DNA of 64,000 bases, taken from NCBI RefSeq assembly GCF_018350175.1, contig NC_058368.1, positions 50,717,815 through 50,781,814 of the forward strand, given 5' to 3'. The translations under genes and the position numbers were made by a program. Numbering within the stretch: the first letter of the stretch is position 1; every line of letters starts with the position of its first letter. Below the pieces are notes generated by a model. That model had not been told where the DNA came from and did no database searches. It was given only the letters and a program-made list of their open reading frames with translations. Source of the stretch: Felis catus. Lineage: Eukaryota. This document shows, piece after piece, positions 60,632 to 64,000 of the stretch.

Positions 60632-62062
60632 TAAATTCTTTGAGCTTGCGTTTCCTAACTTGTAGAATCAAGATAATAATAGTCCTTCCTACCTTAGTAG
60701 ATTAATATAAGTGGCAAATGAAAGTCAATAATGTAAAAGTTGTTTAAAGTAGAGTTTTTAAAATATAAAACATTATTTTTATTATTATTACTTTGTAAAT
60801 ATCAGACCTGTGGTTGATATTTCTCTAAGACTGCAATTGGCTGGCTTACACTGGTAAAATATTAAGTTTGGGAAAATTCTACCAAATTTATTCTGAGGAA
60901 TGAAATATTTGCTGTGAACCTGGACCAAATTTGTTAAAGCCATTTTTATATAACTTTTCATTAAAAACTCACCTATAATGGATGCTAACTTTTTAGCTTT
61001 CTTAAAGAAGTTATTTTATTTATTAAACTGTTTTATTCACCAGAGTATTATGGAAGAAGAGATTAAATGTCACTCTTGAGTTTAAGAACAAATTCTGCTA
61101 GTTTTTACAACTAGGGTATTGAATGTGAATCCTCTCCAAAGTTCATTTTATCCCCTAAATTAACTTTAGTGTGTTTGTTTTAGAACATTATGCTCTTATA
61201 TGTGAGTCAAGGGGCATATGGTCTCTTTATTAGAAAATAAAGAACAGATGTGTGGTTTAGATAAGTACACATAAACATGTGAAGGTCAATGGCAGGTGAC
61301 TCATCATTTTTACCATATTGTGGAAGGGATATGAATAATTTCCTTAGAGGAAATTTAATCCTTGATACAGTGACATCAAAGAAGCCATTATTTTATTTAT
61401 TTTACTAGATAAGCATAAAAAGATCTAACAAAAATACCATTTCTTCTTTGAGTTGTTAATAGTTCTCTGGACGTCCAGATGATGGATTTAAGAAAATGCG
61501 CTGAAAGCCAATCCAAGTACCGAATGTGCATGTCAAAGGAGGCCCATATTAACTAAGACCAGAAGCCTCTTAAAGATACCTTCCTTTTAATTTCTTCGAA
61601 TATTCAATTCACTGTACTTGAGAAGATAGTGGATAACTTGGCTTAGTAGGATGTTTTATTTATTTTGTCTTTAAATATCAAAACCTTTTATTGAACTTCC
61701 TTGAAATCCAAAGGAAAAAAGAACTAGCTTTTAATAGAAAAAAAAAAAATGAAGCCATAAGTTCTTGAAAACTCTTGAAATCCCTCTTAATTTTTTTTGC
61801 CTTTCTTTGCTAGAAATTTCCATTCTGATCATTTCAAGAGTCTTCTGGATGACAGAACAAGTCTTAAAAAACTGAAAGTTTGCACTCATTTCACCTTTGG
61901 AGAGGATCACACTTATGCTTTCCCAATCAAGGCCAGGTCTTTTCTGGGTCCACAATTATTTCCACAGCTGTTAGGAAACCAGTTAAGACTCTAAATCTTT
62001 CAGCCTGGACTCAAGAAACATCCTCCTTATTAGTTTCCTTAGAACCAATTTTTAAGTACATC

Positions 62063-62125
62063 TAGATAGATAGGTAGATAGATAGACAGATATAGATACA
62101 GATATAGATAGATAGATAGATGGAT
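62063..62125. repeat. (GATA)n-type microsatellite
   Basis: Direct reading of the sequence. Confidence 0.92.
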
Positions 62126-62149
62126 GTAGCAAGAACCACTTCCTTAGAC

Positions 62150-62870
62150 TATTCATCTATTCATTTACCTCTCATTAATGTATGCATTTATTAATTTAAT
62201 AATCCACCACTTATTTATATGTTAAGGGCCCTGATTGGTACCTAGAGAAATGGGGTTATTGTTTAAAAGACGTGCTTGGGAGCCCTAGAGGATCTCCAGT
62301 TTATAGTGCTGGAGAGAGATGTAAACAAACTATTACAAAAGAACATGATAAGGAGTGAAATGGATGTATTCCCAGGGATTAGGAGAGTCCCGTACAAGAA
62401 ATACAGACTTGTACCTGCTTTGGTCACCATTATATTCCAGCACCTGGAACACTGTCTGAGAATGGGGGCATTTGGCAAATATATGGTGAATGCATGGATG
62501 GGTGGATGAATGGTAGGGTCAAAGATGGCTCTTTACAAGAAAAATAAATTCATTTGTAGATTGAAGACTATCAAAGTATATATGAAACAGATACTCCCAT
62601 GTGGATAGCTCAGTATAGACAAATGAAATAGCAGCGTATTCAGGGCACAGGCAAGTAAGTCAGTATGATAGAAAGAGCTTTTGGTGAAATAGCAAGAAAT
62701 GAGATGGGGAGGTTAAAAAAAACCTAGAACATACATCGCTAAGAAATACGGTCTTGGCGAGTAATAAAAAGCACAAAGGTTTTAAGCAGGAATTGACATG
62801 ATCTGATTTGCTAAGTGAGAGGATGAAGCCACAGGGAAGCAAAGACTTTGGGAGTGGCAACAGAGTGGTT
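62150..62870 (-). mobile_element. L2 fragments, with an oppositely oriented L2 3' end at ~62400-62512
   Basis: GCCCTAGAGGATCTCCAGTTTATAG..AAGGTTTTAAGCAGGAATTGACATGATCTGATTTG. Confidence 0.6.
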
Positions 62871-62959
62871 GAAATTACAGACTCTTGGATCCAGATTGGT
62901 AAAGTATACGCTTTCTCCTTTTAGAATTCCATAGGGATTGGAATAACCTTGAAAGGAAT

Positions 62960-63200
62960 TACAGCACAGTGGCTAAGATCAATCATACTGAAGCCAGACC
63001 GCATAGGCTTAAATCCTCCCTCTGCCACTTACTGGCTGTGTGACCTTGAACATGTCGCGGAACCTCTCTGGGCCTCAGTTTTCTCATCTGAAAATGGAGA
63101 TGACAATCATGGTGCTTGCATCATAAAGTCGTTTATTATGAGGATTAAATGAGTTAGTTTGTAAAGTGCTTAGAAAAGTGGCAATAGTGTTCGTTAAATT
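62960..63200 (+). mobile_element. MIR, near full length
   Basis: CTCTGCCACTTACTGGCTGTGTGACCTTG..CCTCTCTGGGCCTCAGTTTTCTCATCTGAAAATGG..TGAGGATTAAATGAG..GTAAAGTGCTTAGAA. Confidence 0.92.
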
Positions 63201-64000
63201 AAAACCTTATATATTGATTCACAACTATTTTGTCTAAAATTATGCATACGTGTTTTAATTTTCTGTCTTCATTTCTGTAAAACTGTACATATATACTCTT
63301 TATTTTCTGTGAATTGAAAGTTTTCTAATTTTCCCTCTAAGATGATAAATATTTGATTCTAAAGTGATAAACCAGTAACGATAAATCAGCCAATAGAACT
63401 TGCAAAACTTTGGAGTCTGAAAATCGTATTAAATACTTCCTCCTCACCACACATGTCAAAGATCTAGAGAGAATTTGTGAGAAAGATCTCGTGGAAAGTG
63501 TTAGTGCTGTGCAGCGAATTACCCACCACCATCCAGGAGGAGGAATGGGGTGAGCTACCTCCTTTTCCTCAACTTCCACGGGACCACCTGGAGAGCTTCG
63601 ACTGTGTTCCCTACAGTTGACAGATTTCACTAACTTCTTGAGTTTGGATCCTTCCCGAGAATTGGAAAGAGACAGAAGACAGGCTGGCCGGCTCTGCTAG
63701 CAGCAGAAGTGAGCAAAGGGGCTGTGATCTTGAGTTCGAAGAATGGGTCAGGGCAAAGGCAAGATGACTAGTTCCCAGGCTCAGGACAGAGGCCACAGAT
63801 AGGAAAGGGCCACAGTGGAGCCTCTGCAGAGGGAAGCTCAAGTTTCCTAGCAACTGTGGAAGGAGAGAAAATGAGGAGACAGAGCAGTGTTCCTCCTGTG
63901 CATCTGGGAAACTGCCAGTAAAAGATCTCTGGCAAAGGGGAGGGGGCCCCTTTCTAACCCACAAAGTGAGTTTGAACCTAGGCCTGTCTCAGACCTGGCA

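Noticed and set aside
63341..63548. + strand exon candidate after TTTTCCCTCTAAG
   Set aside because: Stops in all frames and only a modest donor; no recognisable product
1..64000. Novel multi-gene system, CRISPR array, operon or viral insert
   Set aside because: No long ORFs (maximum 146 aa), no regularly spaced repeat-spacer array and no compositional island; the recurring ~200-bp repeats are dispersed CanSINEs

Overview
This window is AT-rich, CpG-depleted mammalian genomic DNA, almost certainly from a felid. It carries about 23 tRNA-derived carnivore SINEs (CanSINE/SINEC), including young feliform SINEC_Fc-type copies with perfect target-site duplications (TSDs). It is mostly layered interspersed repeats: carnivore L1 3' ends, older L1M fragments, L2, MIR, MaLR/ERV solo LTRs (one complete MLT1A-type LTR with a 5-bp TSD), a complete Tigger5/MER47-type MITE and microsatellites. 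I could not recognise any protein-coding gene, rRNA, true tRNA or CRISPR array; the ORFs I could assign come from SINE bodies, decayed L1 ORF2 or simple repeats, and the rest look like chance ORFs. The region reads as a large intron or intergenic segment, and I found no convincing new biological system. The best second-look items are a SINE with an apparent 3' transduction (31.0-31.4 kb), an L1 whose RT domain is deleted at a fold-back junction (2.6 kb), a 9-nt microexon-like site (158-166), a diverged ~146-bp local duplication (12.5/13.1 kb), and several minus-strand candidate exons downstream of a GC-box/G4 element at 46.1 kb. Repeat family names come from my recall of consensus sequences, not a database search, and boundaries of old repeats are approximate.
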